Below are positions 1 to 13,409 of a stretch of 64,000 nucleotides of DNA, piece after piece. Under the pieces are notes generated by a model. The model had not been told where the DNA came from. It was given only the letters and a program-made list of their open reading frames with translations, and did no database searches. Numbering within the stretch: position 1 is the first letter of the stretch; each line of letters opens with the position of its first letter. A program made the position numbers and the translations under genes. Source of the stretch: Octopus vulgaris (lineage: Eukaryota); NCBI GenBank assembly GCA_951406725.2, contig OX597816.1, positions 156,550,001 to 156,614,000 on the forward strand. The letters are read 5' to 3'.

Positions 1-862
1 CACTAGAAATGTGCACTAAAGAAGGACAAAGAGCAGTGATCCGATTTATCTGGTTGAAAGGTGTCTCAGGCGCTGAAATTCATCGGAGGCTTATAGCACA
101 ATACGGGGACGCCCATCATCCTTCACCACTGACGAGAAGATTCAGCAAACCCGAGAGGTGGTAATGGTGAACTGACGAGTTATCAATGATGATGAGATAG
201 CTCCTTCTTTGTAGATTAGTCATGATTCTGCCTATCAAATCACCCATCATAAGCTAGGCTTCCATAAAGTCTGTGCAAGATAGGTGACAAGAGTGCTTAC
301 TGCAAAGCCCAAGCGCAAACATCTTGAGGTCTATCAACGTTAACTCGATCGCTACAGCAGTAAGGGCGAGGAATTTTGGAGCATAATAGTTACAGTAAAT
401 GAAACATGGGTCCATCATTATGAGGCAGAATCCAAAAGACAGAACCATGGAGTGGAAATATCCTGGCTCGTCAGCAACAAAGAAATTCAAGACTCAGTCT
501 TCTGCGGTAAAGGTGATGCTAAACCTCTTTGGGGAGCCATAAAAGGTCCTATACTGGAAGACAACCCGGAAAAGATGTGTACGATCAACAGTGCAAGATA
601 GAGTGCTTTGTTGGCCAACAAACTGAAACCAACAATTCGCACCAAACACCGAAACCTATTGTGGAAAGGAAAGAAGTTTTGCTGTTGCATGACAATGCAC
701 GCCTAACACACGACCGGCCGGACCATTGAAACTATTAACCAATTGGGTTTTGAGGTACTGGAATACCCTACCTACAGCCCAGATCTCACCTCTTCCGACT
801 ATCATATCTTTGGACCGCGCAAAGATGGTTTTCGAGGTCGTCGATTTACTGCGGATGAAGAT
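1..862 (+). mobile_element. Degenerate mariner (DD34D) transposase, frameshifted
   Basis: Manual translation gives QRAVIRFIWLKGVSGAEIHRRLIAQYG (N-terminal HTH), VTVNETWVHHYEAESKRQ (first D motif), VLLLHDNARL and LEYPTYSPDLTSSDYHIFG (YSPDLAPSD motif). Stops and frameshifts lie between these blocks. Confidence 0.9.
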
Positions 863-1861
863 GACCGCTTTTGCTGCCGCTGCCGGTGTGCTGCCGCCAC
901 CAGTCGTGCAACGGCTGCTACCGATGTGCAGCTGACACCACTGCAGTGGTTACTTTTGCTAATGCAGTTGTTGTAGCTCCTGTTGATGATAGCATTGTTG
1001 CTGATGTTGTGGTTCCTGTTATTCTCGTTTGCCGCTACAGCATTTGGGCTTTGAACTGTAAGGAAAGAAGTAAGTTCTATCCTCCAATTCCGTGAGCAGA
1101 ATCATTTGTTCATTAGAATTGCTGCTACATATATTGCTTTTCTGAATATTGTTATAATTCTGATGCTGCTATTCTCTAGTCTCTGATCCCTCTCCTAGCG
1201 AATATGGTGTCATTCTGCTACTACGCTACTGAAGCATTTTGTTGGTGTCAGCTACGCCAAATTTTTCGAATTTGGAGAGAAGACAAAAAATTACGTGTCT
1301 CTCATGCAGAATTAGCAGAAACGTGGAAAGTGAATAAAAAACACACTTCCAGTTACGAAAAGAAATGTAAAATATAATGCACGACATGCTGAAAATTTTT
1401 AAACTACACACCAACACACATGCACACACAAAAACATGTGTGTACACCCATGTATATACATACATGTATGCACACACATATACATATAGTTAACATTATT
1501 TGGAACTCGCAAAATTCACTGAATGGTATTCGCTATCTGAGATGATATGAGTCAAGGGATTGTACTTGAAATGTACCCGATTAAAACTTAATAATAAGAG
1601 ATCACTTCTTTTATTCGTTACAAAGACATATCAAATGAAATACGCTCAAATTCATAGATCAACACAAAACCTACTTCATGTTCAAAACATAAAATTTAAG
1701 TTTCCCACTTTACACTTATGTATGTAAACACATGTTCTCGTGCATCCGCGCACATGCACACACTCCTCCATAATCAAATCTATTTTACACAAACTAGCTA
1801 TCTATGCACACACGTACACACAAATGCATATTTTCATAATCAAGTTTACTAGAATTCTAAA

Positions 1862-2276
1862 GGCAGCGAGCTGGCAGAAACGTTAGCACGCCGGGCGAAA
1901 TGCTTAGCAGTATTTTGTCTGCCGTTACGTCCTGAGTACAAACTCCGCCGAGGTCGACTTTGCCTTTCATCATTTTGTGGTCGATTAAATAAGTACCAGT
2001 TACTCACTGGGGTCGATATAGTCGACTTAATCCGTTTGTCTGACCTTGTTTGCCCCCTCTGTGTGTAGCCCCTTGTGGGCAGTAAAGAAATAGGTATTTC
2101 GTCTGCCGCTACATTCTGAGTTCAAATTCCACCGAGGTCGACTTTGCCTTTCATCCTTACGAGGTCGATAAATTAAGTTCCAGTTATGCACTGGTGTCGA
2201 TGTAATCCACTTAATTCCTTTGTCTGTCCTTGTTTGTGCCCCTTTATGTTTAGCCCCTTGTGGGCAAAAAAGAAAT
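1862..2276 (+). mobile_element. SINE family A (tRNA-like head, Nin/Sauria-like core), internal dimer
   Basis: Head GGCAGCGAGCTGGCAGAAACGTTAGCACG. The core GAGGTCGACTTTGCCTTTCATC occurs twice about 190 bp apart. Imperfect 20-bp flanking direct repeats at 1842-1861 and 2277-2296. Confidence 0.88.
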
Positions 2277-3796
2277 AAGTTTACTACGATTCCAAATGTC
2301 GTCTCCATTATTGCAACTAGTCATAAAAAAATGCCAGTTGGAATCTCTGTAGATTAATGCCATTACTAAATATTACATCGTTATTTCCAACTTTGAGTTT
2401 AAAATACTATTTTAATATACACACAAACATGAAAATATGTATGCAAGTATATACATATATAGTTTTGTATGAGTGTTAGAGTGTGCGAGTGTGTGTGTAT
2501 GCGTGTATAGCAGTAGACAAAGATAGATTAATAGTTAGATAAATAAACATTTAACTAGATAGAAACATCAATAGATGTATAGATAGCACGAGACTGCATC
2601 AATTTTATCGTTGTAATATGTTGGACGATTTCTTTTTTTTTTTAGATAATTGTGTTCGAACTCCAAAAATCAACTACAATATTTATAGGCTTTCAAAGTC
2701 ACATCTTCGGGATAAACTTTACGCTATCTTGTGTTACCGAATTTTGATACTACGCAGAGTCAATATGGCTACAAAAGTCATTATCATTAAATAGTAAAAC
2801 GAAATTGAAATATTTTTGAAAACCGAGATTTTGGATGATCTAATCGCAGTCAGTGGTGGATCTTCCGCAATGTTGATAACGACAACTGTGTGAAATAAAA
2901 TCCAAAATGGAATTTATTCTCCTTCAGTTAAACATGTTAGATATGGAGAAAAAAATGCAGCAGAATATGAACACGTTTGCCAAAAAGTCAACAACCATAA
3001 AATAACAATAATAATAATGATGATGATGATGATGCTGATGCGGATGATGTTAATGATAATAGTCATCATAATAATAAGAATAATTATCATCATTATACAC
3101 ACCACTATTAATTTCATATTGTATTGACTCATTTTTATCTGGTCTGCCACTGCAATGATACATTTAGTGCAGTTTTACAGTTTATTAAACATAGCAATTT
3201 ATTAAGCATAGAAGCATTATTTCCTGATTTTCTTTAATTCATGCATTATTTATAGACATTTTATATGACCATATGCTATTTAGTGTAAACTTTTAATGCT
3301 TGTTAACATTTAATGTTGGTTTTATGCAAAAAGTTTCAAATTTACTCGAGGAAAAATCTCTGAGAAATGTGATTCATTATAGAAAATGCATAAATGCATA
3401 CATACACGTAAACCCGATAATGTAGCGACACTCATTCACTCGGACTTAAAGCCGCACTCCAGCACAAACATACACACACACACACACACACACACACGAA
3501 TTGATAATAAAGGAGACATACATCCAGATTTATTCTGCTGTCAATCACGTGTTTCATTTCTGCACTTACACATGTTTCTGCTGCAATTTTGTGCATACTA
3601 CAAAATTTTACATCACGGTGAGCATTCTGATGTTAACTGCCGCTACTTCAGGGTGCTATGTACAGCGTTTCAGATCCCGTCTGAAGTAAATAAAAGTCCA
3701 AGCAATATACTTTTATTGAACATGTATTTAGTTTCGATGAATACGTTACATGCTAGGATTGTATATCCCTGTCAACCTAATTTAGAAATTTACCTA

Positions 3797-3850
3797 GGGT
3801 GTCCCCGAAAAATGTATACACACTTTAGCAGCTGATAACTCAATTGATGT
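3797..3850 (+). mobile_element. Possible solo Tc1/mariner terminal inverted repeat
   Basis: GGGTGTCCCCGAAAAATGTATACACACTTTAGCAGCTGATAACTC resembles Tc1-type termini. No matching partner end was found. Confidence 0.3.
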
Positions 3851-4096
3851 TTTTTTTTTCTTTCCAGATAAAACCCATTGGAATTAATGATGACAGTCAC
3901 ACTAAGCTTTGAACAAAATAAATTCATCGTAGCGTTGAAGTTGGAATATATATATATGTATGTATGTATTATTATTGGCATCCTTTCTGTCTCGGGAGAC
4001 AATGGAGTTGCGCATGAAGGAGTCTAGTCCGGCTTTTATATTTCATGTCCTGATACATTTCCTGCTGTGGCTGTGTACTAAATGTATCAGGGCATA

Positions 4097-4105
<9 letters not shown>

Positions 4106-4129
<24 letters not shown>

Positions 4130-4272
4130 ATATGTAAGTATGTATGTATGTATGTATGTATGTATGTATGTATGTATGTATGTATGTATGTATGTATGTA
4201 TGTATGTATGTATGTATGTATGTATGTATGTATGTATGTATGTATGTATGTGTGTGTGTGTGTATGTGTGTG
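4106..4272. repeat. (TATG)n/(TG)n microsatellite
   Basis: Directly visible. Confidence 0.98.
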
Positions 4273-4931
4273 TAGAAAAGAAGAGAAATGGAGCAATAAT
4301 TAACAACGAGAAGTTGATCATTGTTATAGGATAGATTACCGACTCACATTACACGTTATAATTGTTATTGATTCTTATTTATGTACACTTCAACTCTTTT
4401 TATTATTCATTTACATGGCCCATATGTATACACTATGTCGTACAAACTTTAAATGGCATCCTTAGTTTTTAGCAAGGGCCTGTCAAATAATCATTGTCCC
4501 CACTCAATGGAGGAAACTACAAACACGTGGAACACAACAAGTCACTAAAATTTTAGCTTAAAGACTTAACGAACATTTTCCCTTTTACTTTCCCTTTTCA
4601 ATTCATTACCCTCTAAAATCATTCTGCAGTGTTTGTTAAATGTAAAGAAGTAAATGTAAATTTACACTGATTTCATAAAAAGAAACAGCTGTAAATGGCT
4701 CCGAACAACAATTAAATAATGACTTTTTAATACAAATGATCAACTTCTCATTGCTAATTATTGCTTCATTTCTCTTCTTTTCAATATATATTAAACCACG
4801 GTTTTACCTTTAAATTATCTACTACTGTATACCTTATAGCTAGGGCTATACATAGTAAGGTAATACACCAGGAGTGTCTACGGATACATCTATCCCGTAG
4901 ATGGGTGCATAACCTGTAGCTTATATTTTGC

Positions 4932-4933
<2 letters not shown>

Positions 4934-5000
<67 letters not shown>

Positions 5001-5090
5001 TATATATATATACGTATATATATATGTATATATATATAAATAAATAAATATATATGTGTGTGTATATGTATATATGTATGTATGTATGGT
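4934..5090. repeat. (TAA)n followed by (TA)n-rich microsatellite
   Basis: Directly visible. Confidence 0.95.
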
Positions 5091-5569
5091 AGATGAAAAA
5101 CACAAGATGGGATATACGAGAATTTATAATTAATCACGTCAATTGTTTCGACACCGGCGGTGTAGATGTGTCTCATCAGGTGATAAATAAAGACAACTCA
5201 TTAATACAACACATCCGCATATATATATTTATAAAGCAAATAAGTAACATGGACGTCCGGGTAGCAGTGCATTACCTGATACCTGAACATCCTTGTTACT
5301 TATATGCTTTCTATTCATCTAACGTCAAGCTATGCGGAAAATACCGGACCGACCTGGTGCCTCAACTGAAGTACATAATTTAACTGAATCTTAATTATTT
5401 CTTGTACGTGTGTGTCTGTGTGTGTCTGTGTGTGTGTGTGTGCAAACATTAGGGAATGGAGTAAATAAACTTTTGGGAAATAGATCTAAATGCAGTTGGA
5501 AGGAATCCCCATCGTGGTAACACGGGATTTCCTAACGACAATGCATACTTCATATAGTCATTATATCAT

Positions 5570-5657
5570 TGGCTTGAAGAGTAGCTTGAGGGCAAACCTG
5601 TCATTGGGATAATGTACTACTTCCGACGGTTTGCTCGCTATGAAACCTATATAGTTT
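5570..5657 (+). ncRNA. Degenerate hammerhead-like motif with extended stem II (probable Penelope pLTR remnant)
   Basis: TTGAAGA-gtagc...gggcaaacc...ggtttgctc-gctat-GAAA-cctata-TA. Stem II pairs, stem I is weak. Confidence 0.35.
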
Positions 5658-5983
5658 GAATTTTATCCCTTCCATTCCCTCTTTTTTTAATGTTTATTAG
5701 CATATACAACACCCCTATTGCTAACCGTGAACTGTAAACTTAAATTTGTTAAGCTTATAGTACTTCGATACGAGAAGAATTCATAAAAGTCTGCACCAAT
5801 AGGCCACTATTGTTCCTGAAAATTTTACGTATGTCTTCTATGGATTGTTTGTAGCTACTAACTTCTTGTATGTTGATCAGTTGATCTTACCTTTACACAC
5901 ATCACACACACACACACACACACACACGTGCATTTCGCCTGAAGATCGTAGTGTCGTGAAATTCGAACTTCATGTGAAACTCT

Positions 5984-6117
5984 AGCTGTGGGGTAAGTAG
6001 CTTGCTTACCAACCACATGGTTGAGAGTTCAGTCCCACTGCGTAGCAACTTGAGTGTCTCTGGCCGACTACAGCCGAGTGTGTGGGTTCCGTAGATGGAA
6101 ACTGGAAGAAGCCCGTC

Positions 6118-6120
<3 letters not shown>
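5984..6120 (+). mobile_element. SINE family B, 5' head only
   Basis: GCTGTGGGGTAAGTAGCTTGCTTACCAACCACATGGTT...GGAAACTGGAAGAAGCCCGTCG followed by (TA)n(TG)n. Matches the copies at 35009 and 43979. Confidence 0.85.
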
Positions 6121-6167
<47 letters not shown>

Positions 6168-6169
6168 GT

Positions 6170-6214
<45 letters not shown>

Positions 6215-6227
6215 TGTATGTGTATGT

Positions 6228-7063
6228 TAGTGGTAGAAAATGTGGTGCCACATGTTAATGAAGCAACAATGCTTATGGCTTGCGGCATCAGAGACAAAGT
6301 CTTTATACCCAGGATACCTCTTACTCCATCAGATAAGCAATGCCTTTGTCCCTTGCGTCGAGTTCAGTTCCCTCTTCGTCTTTGCTTCGCCATGTCCATC
6401 AACAAGTCCCAAGGACAAACACTAACAACAACAGGCCTCTTTTTAAGCCAACCATGCTTCTCCCACGGTCAGTTATACGTCGGATGTTCAAAAGTCGGAA
6501 AATCTGTGTTCGCCCTGAAAGCCAAAACGAAAAATATCGTCTACCGTGAGGTGCTGTAGGCCGTCCAACATGCCGCAGCTTCCTTGCCGAACAGGTTTTT
6601 GGTGAGTGAGTACTATTGTTGCTATTCTTTCAAAGTTTCCTGTTTATAGGACTTTTCTTTTTTATTTTGTCCGCTACAGCTTCTCCCTTGCAGATGGCTT
6701 GAGTTTTGGCATTTCTGCACCCAGCGCTTTTCATGTGTCCGAAAAAGGACGTTTATACCTGTGAATGGTTAACAACCATTTTCAGGGCTATTGTGAGAAC
6801 GATAACACGACCCTTTTCAGGGCTACTTTATATTCAGTTGTTGCACCTCATGAGATACTCTTGTCGATTCTCCAGGGGTTTTCACCCCGTTGTTACTACT
6901 TTATTGATGGTCTATGGGAAAATCACTTCTTCTTCAATCCCAATGTTTGTGACTTAGCGCAAACAATATTCGAAGAGCTGTACAAAAAAAAAAAAAATGG
7001 TAGAAAATATTAAAGACCAATGCCGAGTATTTAATACTCGACCAAAGCCGGGTACTTCTGCTG

Positions 7064-7064
<1 letters not shown>
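6228..7064 (+). mobile_element. Helitron 3' fragment: PIF1-type helicase C-terminus plus 3' terminus
   Basis: VFIPRIPLTPSD...RRVQFPLRLCFAMSINKSQGQTL...FSHGQLYVGCSKV...TKNIVYREVL* (stop at 6559). The terminal region has hairpin CGAGTATTTAATACTCG and GCCGGGTACTTCTGCTGT before (TA)n. Confidence 0.9.
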
Positions 7065-7111
<47 letters not shown>

Positions 7112-7214
7112 GCAGGTATATTGTTATACTTGTTCTTTTTTAAATAAATAGACATAATATAATTATCTAAAAGTTGATGAATACCACCTCTTGATCCCTT
7201 CCATTTTCTTATTG

Positions 7215-7255
<41 letters not shown>

Positions 7256-7559
7256 AACGTACAAGTATACATATACAAGTGAATACATATGTTTTTGAGT
7301 GAATACGTGTGTGCGTTTGTGCGTGTGTCTGCGTAAGTGTTTGTGTGCGTGCTTGTGTTTGTGCGTGAGTGCATATGTGTGCGTGTGCGCGCGTGCGTTT
7401 CAGCTGAAAAGCGTAGCGTCCTGATATTCGAACCACATACGAAACTCTGTTTCAGTTTCTATAATAAAGGATGTATTAATCAATTTTCTCTCTATAAACA
7501 TACACAGGCATATGTGTATTTGCATATATAGACAGACAGATACGCTCGTACGCAAGCAC

Positions 7560-7588
7560 ACACACACACACACACATATACATATATA

Positions 7589-7652
<64 letters not shown>

Positions 7653-7667
7653 TAGATAGATAAATAA

Positions 7668-7728
<61 letters not shown>
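7560..7728. repeat. Compound (CA)n(TA)n(GA)n(GATA)n microsatellite
   Basis: Directly visible. Confidence 0.97.
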
Positions 7729-7729
<1 letters not shown>

Positions 7730-8299
7730 GTATTAAGGCAACGTACGTAATTAAAACAAGGCAATAAAGTCACTATGAGTTATGTCTTGCTTACTCATGA
7801 TTTTACACTTTTATACAGCTCATAATAACAAGTCTTGGCATCACAATGAGTCTTTTAAATATTAACAATGGAAAGGAAAATGTGTCGACCGATAATCGAA
7901 AGTAGTCATGATTGTTACACCCAATACCAAATATTATTGTTTAGACTACATATATGAACCTATCAGACCAATAAAATCCAGCTTAATGATAACTCCACTC
8001 ATTGAAGGCGACAAATATACTGCCAGTTTAATTGGTAGAAATAGAAGTAAAATGCTCTTATTTCGTTAAAATGTAGGAATGTACATGATTAAAATAATAA
8101 TCGAGAGAATATGGGAGATAGAAGACGAGTTTGTTACGGCTGGATATGTGAAACACAGCGAAATAGTTCAAGACACAAAGACAAGCAGTACACAAAAGAG
8201 AATAATATAAAGTATAACCTTGAATAAGAAGCTTTTAAAGTCTTTACAATCGAAGCAAATTATCAGAAATAGTAACTTCAGAGGGAAGTCATTAATCAA

Positions 8300-10090
8300 G
8301 ACTTCACATACTTGTACCATAAATCATAAGCTAGAGGAGGAGTAGCAGCAAAAATAACAATAACCCTGGTGTAACCATTTTGACTTGCACAGAATCATTC
8401 ATCGAAACGTGGATATCAATCAAAAGAGTGACACAAAACATTATAGGCATTCAGGAAAATGCAACCGAAGAAAACATTAACAATGTAGACATATATATAG
8501 CATATACAACCTTATCAACTGTTCCAGTAGGTTACACACGCAGCCAAAAATATTCTAAGGCCCATAAATTTCGGAAGACGTAAATGAACACAATGCATCC
8601 TGATCGCAAACTGTGAAGAAAATGCAAAGGGTCTCAAGTACTAAAGTCATTGTTTTTAGTATGTAAATACTAAAAAAAAAAAAATCCCATCAAATATCAC
8701 AACCACAAACTTTACCGAGCTAGCGGCATGCCTCTTTTCTAGACATCACCCGCTCAACAAAGATAGTTTCTATAGTTACTTAGCATACATTTCTCAAATG
8801 TTGGTGATCATCAACCTATCAGTATTACAATATATGCACATGAATAAAGAAAGGAAAACAATAATGGAAACATCCAACTGAGCCTAGACAAACCGATTCT
8901 AGCACGAAGCAGAATGGAAGTTTGTAGAATTCTATAAAACTACATACAATCACCTACATAGACGTTGGAGTTCAGGCATGCAACAAAATAGATGTTGACA
9001 CAGAAAAATATTCTATAAATCAATATCAAAATACAACCCGATTTACACAACAGAAATAGCTAACTTGATAAAAAAACAAAACAGTACTAAGGAAAATTTT
9101 CAAACAATAGAACACCACACACGTAATAAAAACAAGACTGAGCTCCAAAGAACTAAACAAAGAACAACAAAGAACAACAAAAAGCTGTTTAGAAATTGTG
9201 TCCAACATGAATCACAAAACAAGCAGCAAAACGTTATCGAAAGTAATTAGCATACCATGTAACGTGAACATCTGATACAAGTTTCATAAGGATTCACTAT
9301 CAAAAGATTTCTGAACTTCTCAAATGAAGTCATATTCAAAGAAGCATTGTACTTGTGGGGTGTGTTGCATTGTTGTTTAGCCACCAGCTGTTGATATTCC
9401 CACAATGCAGCAGCATCGGCAGAATGAAGTGAAGGAAAGAAAATTGAATTATAGTATTCTTCTCGATAAACATTTCGTGCTAATTAGCGATTTGGAACAG
9501 GTATTATTTTAGAAAATTTTTAACAATGGCCACACGCCTCATATCAAAACAGAGCAAATAAATTCCTTTATCGAATATTCAAATATCCTTCTAAATTAAA
9601 CCAACAAAACCTGCAGAAGAAATATAATGAATATTAAAGACGTTTCTAGTATAGATATATTTTTTATAAAAAATTATAACGATCTCTATCCAGTATTTCC
9701 GCTACGATTGACAAGGGACGCGAAATAAAATACCCGAACTTGAATCAACTCCGAACTTAACAAAATACTATAAATTCATTGAAAAAGTACAAAATCATTA
9801 AAATTCATGAGGATTTGTGGGAAAAGTCACAACTGAAAACGATCCCATACAAACAATTGAGATAGCATTAAGCAACACAATGCCATGTACATTAGAAAAA
9901 TATTCCGAAATACTCATTCCATATATTTCCAACCAAGAAATTTCTCTACGAACTCACAAAACAGAAATGTAACACATAACCTCTACCCTTCTCGCAACAA
10001 TTACACAGAAATATAAGGTGAAATTTGATAGGGAAAGATACATCGTATGGACCATCACAACGATAATGACCACCTGGAAATGTCTCAGGT
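8300..10090 (+). mobile_element. Possible highly decayed LINE (L1/Tx1-like) remnant
   Basis: Strongly A-rich plus strand, with traces such as GDHQPISIT...WKH near 8800-8880 that recall the APE endonuclease C-terminus. No long ORF. Confidence 0.3.
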
Positions 10091-10171
10091 CTATTAGCAT
10101 CTAACCGTTCATATATAAAATACTCAAAACTCCTAAAGGAAATGCTCGCTCGAGCACACGCGCGCTTACAC

Positions 10172-10203
<32 letters not shown>

Positions 10204-10481
10204 GCAGAAACATGCACGCACGCACGCAAGTACCAGTACATAATTGGACGAAGTTTTATAACCTGACCATTCCTGAACGGGCAACAGATTTGTGTAACGG
10301 GTCTGATTGGTGATACGTGACCTGCGCTTACAAAACAAACAACAATAATGAGTGCTGCAATAAGCACAAGCTCACAAGAATGTTTGAGGAAATGAACAAG
10401 ATAAATACTGGATTCAACGTAATCACCAATGCTGCAAGCATTTTGATTATGTGCTCTGATTGTAACCACCATTCCTTCCAT

Positions 10482-10695
10482 TCTTTTACTTGTTTCAGTC
10501 ATTTGACTGCAGGCATGCAGAAGCACCGTCTTTAGTGGAACAAATCGAACACATAACTTATTCCTTGTAAGCCTAGTCCTTATTCTATCGGACTCTTTCG
10601 CCGAACCGCTAAGTTACGGAGATGTAAGCACACCAACATCGGTTGTCAAGAGATGGTGAGGGACAAAGACACACATACACACACACACAGATACA

Positions 10696-10736
<41 letters not shown>

Positions 10737-10885
10737 GGCAGGGTTCTTTCAGTTTCCATCTATCAAATCCACACACAAGGTTTTAGGCAGCCCGAAGCTA
10801 TAGTTGAAGACACTTGCCATGCTGTGGGACCGAACCCGCAAACCTGTGCTTGGAAAGCAAGCTTCTTACCACACAGTGACGACTG
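10482..10885 (-). mobile_element. SINE family B, near full length, with internal (CA)/(TA) microsatellite
   Basis: Tail CTTTTACTTGTTTCAGTCATTTGACTG, body CCGAACCGCTAAGTTACG, head CTTCTTACCACACAG on the minus strand. Confidence 0.9.
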
Positions 10886-10890
10886 TACCT

Positions 10891-10901
10891 ATTATTATTA
10901 C

Positions 10902-11000
<99 letters not shown>
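10891..11000. repeat. (ATT)n(ATC)n microsatellite (tail or target of the adjacent retroelement)
   Basis: Directly visible. Confidence 0.97.
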
Positions 11001-12476
11001 TGCCTTTGCACAGCTTCTAACGCTGGAGATGTACTACGATGTCAGCAGTTAACCATCATTGAACTAAGGTAACACCTCTTATTGTTCAAGCACCTTCCGG
11101 AATATTCGAGCGGTTCCAACCCCTGCTGTTTTCTGCAAGTGCTCCACCCTTATTGCAGCCCCTATTTGTTCCATGTATTTCTCAAGATTTTTACTCACTG
11201 TTCCCAGGGCTCCGACAATTATTGGTACTACTACCAAATTTTTCATCGACCATAACTGCTTAACTTCCAAAGCTAACCTGTCATATCTCTCAAATTTTCT
11301 TTCTTCCTTATCTCATGCCTTGTTGTCAGCTGGGCATGCTATATCTATGATCCAGAATAGTCTGTTTTCTTTCTCAATTAAGATTATCTCCGGCTTCCTA
11401 TTCTCTATCTCATGGTTGCACGGAATCACAAAATCCCATAGGATCTTTGCATTTCTATTTTCGATGATGCCTTCAGGTTTGCGGTCCTACCAATCTTTTG
11501 CCCTGTCAAGTCCATACTTCTTGTAGAGTGCCCAATGGACAAGCCTGGCTATATCGTCGTGGCGTCTCTAATATTCCTTCTGGGCTAGTGGCGTACATTG
11601 GCTGGTAATATGCCACACGGTTTCACCGTTTTGTCCACAGATTCTGCACTTATCATTTTCTGTTGTGTTGTCTATTCTGTATTTTATGTAATTTGTTCTT
11701 AGTTCTTGTTCTTGGGCAGCACAGACTAGAGCATCCATTTCCGGTTTTAAATCCCTTTTAGACATGCACAGCCATCTTTTTTCTCTGTCTGTCTTATCTT
11801 CAGCATCCCTATAAAATTGACCATGCATTCTTTTCTTTACCCACCTATTTTCAGTTTCATTCGTTTTCAGTTTTTTGTATAGTGCTTTATCATTGCAATA
11901 TTTCATCCTACACAAGCCTGACCTTCCTACTTCTAATAATTGCAGTTCTGTGGCATTTTTTACATACCATGCTATGTTGTTTTCTTCTACTCTAATAAGT
12001 CCTCTCTCCCCTCTTCTTGGTACATATAGTCTGTGTCACTTTTTGGGTGGAGTGATCCATATGTTATTGCTCTAGCATGATCACATAGTCCCTTTTTTCT
12101 CCAATGATCATACATACGTTGTCGTTAACCGCTAATTTGAGCACCATCTTCATCTACCGGGCTGTTCAGGTAATAATACTCCAAGACCACAGCATTAATT
12201 TGCTTGCTCCATCTACGCTGTATATGGTGGTCCCATGATAGACATCGACAGGCTGGAGTCAGACCAGAATCTCTGAGCCTACCGGGAGTAACACTATCAC
12301 CATCATTAGCTTCAGTTTCATTACCACCGTTATTCACAATATTATGTTTTTTCACAGGCACTCATATGAGGTAGCGATAACGAAGTTGCACAGTTACCAG
12401 TGTTATAATTGTGACACCATCACTAGATGTATCATTAATCAGCTCGTGAGGAGGAGGAGGCTCCACCCGTTTCCTT

Positions 12477-12478
<2 letters not shown>
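11001..12478 (-). mobile_element. R4/Dong-like RLE non-LTR retrotransposon, internally deleted (no RT)
   Basis: The N-terminus (RRWSKQINAVVLEYYYLNSP...RQRMYDHW) is joined near 12070 to HPKSD/RLYVPRRGERGL, then CRICGQNGETVWHITSQC (CCHC), KILWDF, IIDIACPAD and VVPIIVGALG...RKVLEQ*. (TAA)n-type tracts flank both sides. Confidence 0.88.
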
Positions 12479-12552
<74 letters not shown>

Positions 12553-12580
12553 CATTATTATTATTATTATTATCATTATC
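12478..12580. repeat. (ATT)n microsatellite
   Basis: Directly visible. Confidence 0.97.
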
Positions 12581-13055
12581 ACTGACATCACTTATATTAT
12601 TGTTTTTATATGTAGTAGCAGCAGTGGTTGCAGCAACAGCAACAGTAGCGTGGGTAGGGGTAGTGGTAATGGTGGTAGTTGGGCCTCAGATTCCTGTACT
12701 ATCATAACAGTAGTAGTTGTAGTGTTAATGTAGTGTCAGTAGTATTTAGTATTAGCAGCTGCAGCATATTATTATTACTTTAATTTTATCATTATCACCA
12801 TCACCACCACTACCATTGTTTGAGGGAAAGGTTGGGTAGCAGTTTGGGGAATAGATCATATTTACTAGTCTATAAATAAATTCGGCAGATGCTAGGGAGG
12901 TCAGCCATAGAAACAAAGGACTCTTCGCAACCCTTTGGGTCAGCAGAGGTCAAACGTGTTTACTACTAACAGTGGATACAGGGAGCGCTGCCCTGGAAAG
13001 TAGCAATTCATTCTGTTCTCATTGGTAGAAAAAACAATAATAATAATATATATAT

Positions 13056-13288
13056 ATTTCTTTACTACCCACAAGGGGCTAAACACAGAGGGGACAAACA
13101 AGGACAGACAGAGGAATTAAGTCGATTACATCGACCCCAATGCGTAACTGGTACTTAATTTATCGACCCCGAAAGGATGAAAGGCAAAGTCGACCTCGGC
13201 AGAATTTGAACTCAGAACGTAACGACAGACGAAATACGGCTACACATTTCGCCCGGCGTGCTAACGTCTCGCCCAGCTCGCCGCCTTA
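13056..13288 (-). mobile_element. SINE family A, monomer
   Basis: TATTTCTTTACTACCCACAAGGGG...GAAAGGATGAAAGGCAAAGTCGACCTCGGC...CAGCTCGCCGCCTT. Confidence 0.92.
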
Positions 13289-13306
13289 TAATAATAATAT
13301 ATATAG

Positions 13307-13317
13307 ACACACATACA

Positions 13318-13396
<79 letters not shown>

Positions 13397-13409
13397 ATAC
13401 ACACACACA
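13307..13409. repeat. (CA)n microsatellite
   Basis: Directly visible. Confidence 0.98.

Noticed and set aside
865-1040. Ala/Val/Cys-rich ORFs after the mariner
   Set aside because: Degenerate (GCT/GTT)n low-complexity sequence.
3960-4334. ORFs rich in YVCM, IYIY, HTHT, poly-I/L/K/N/M across the window
   Set aside because: They are translations of microsatellites that lack stop codons, not genes.
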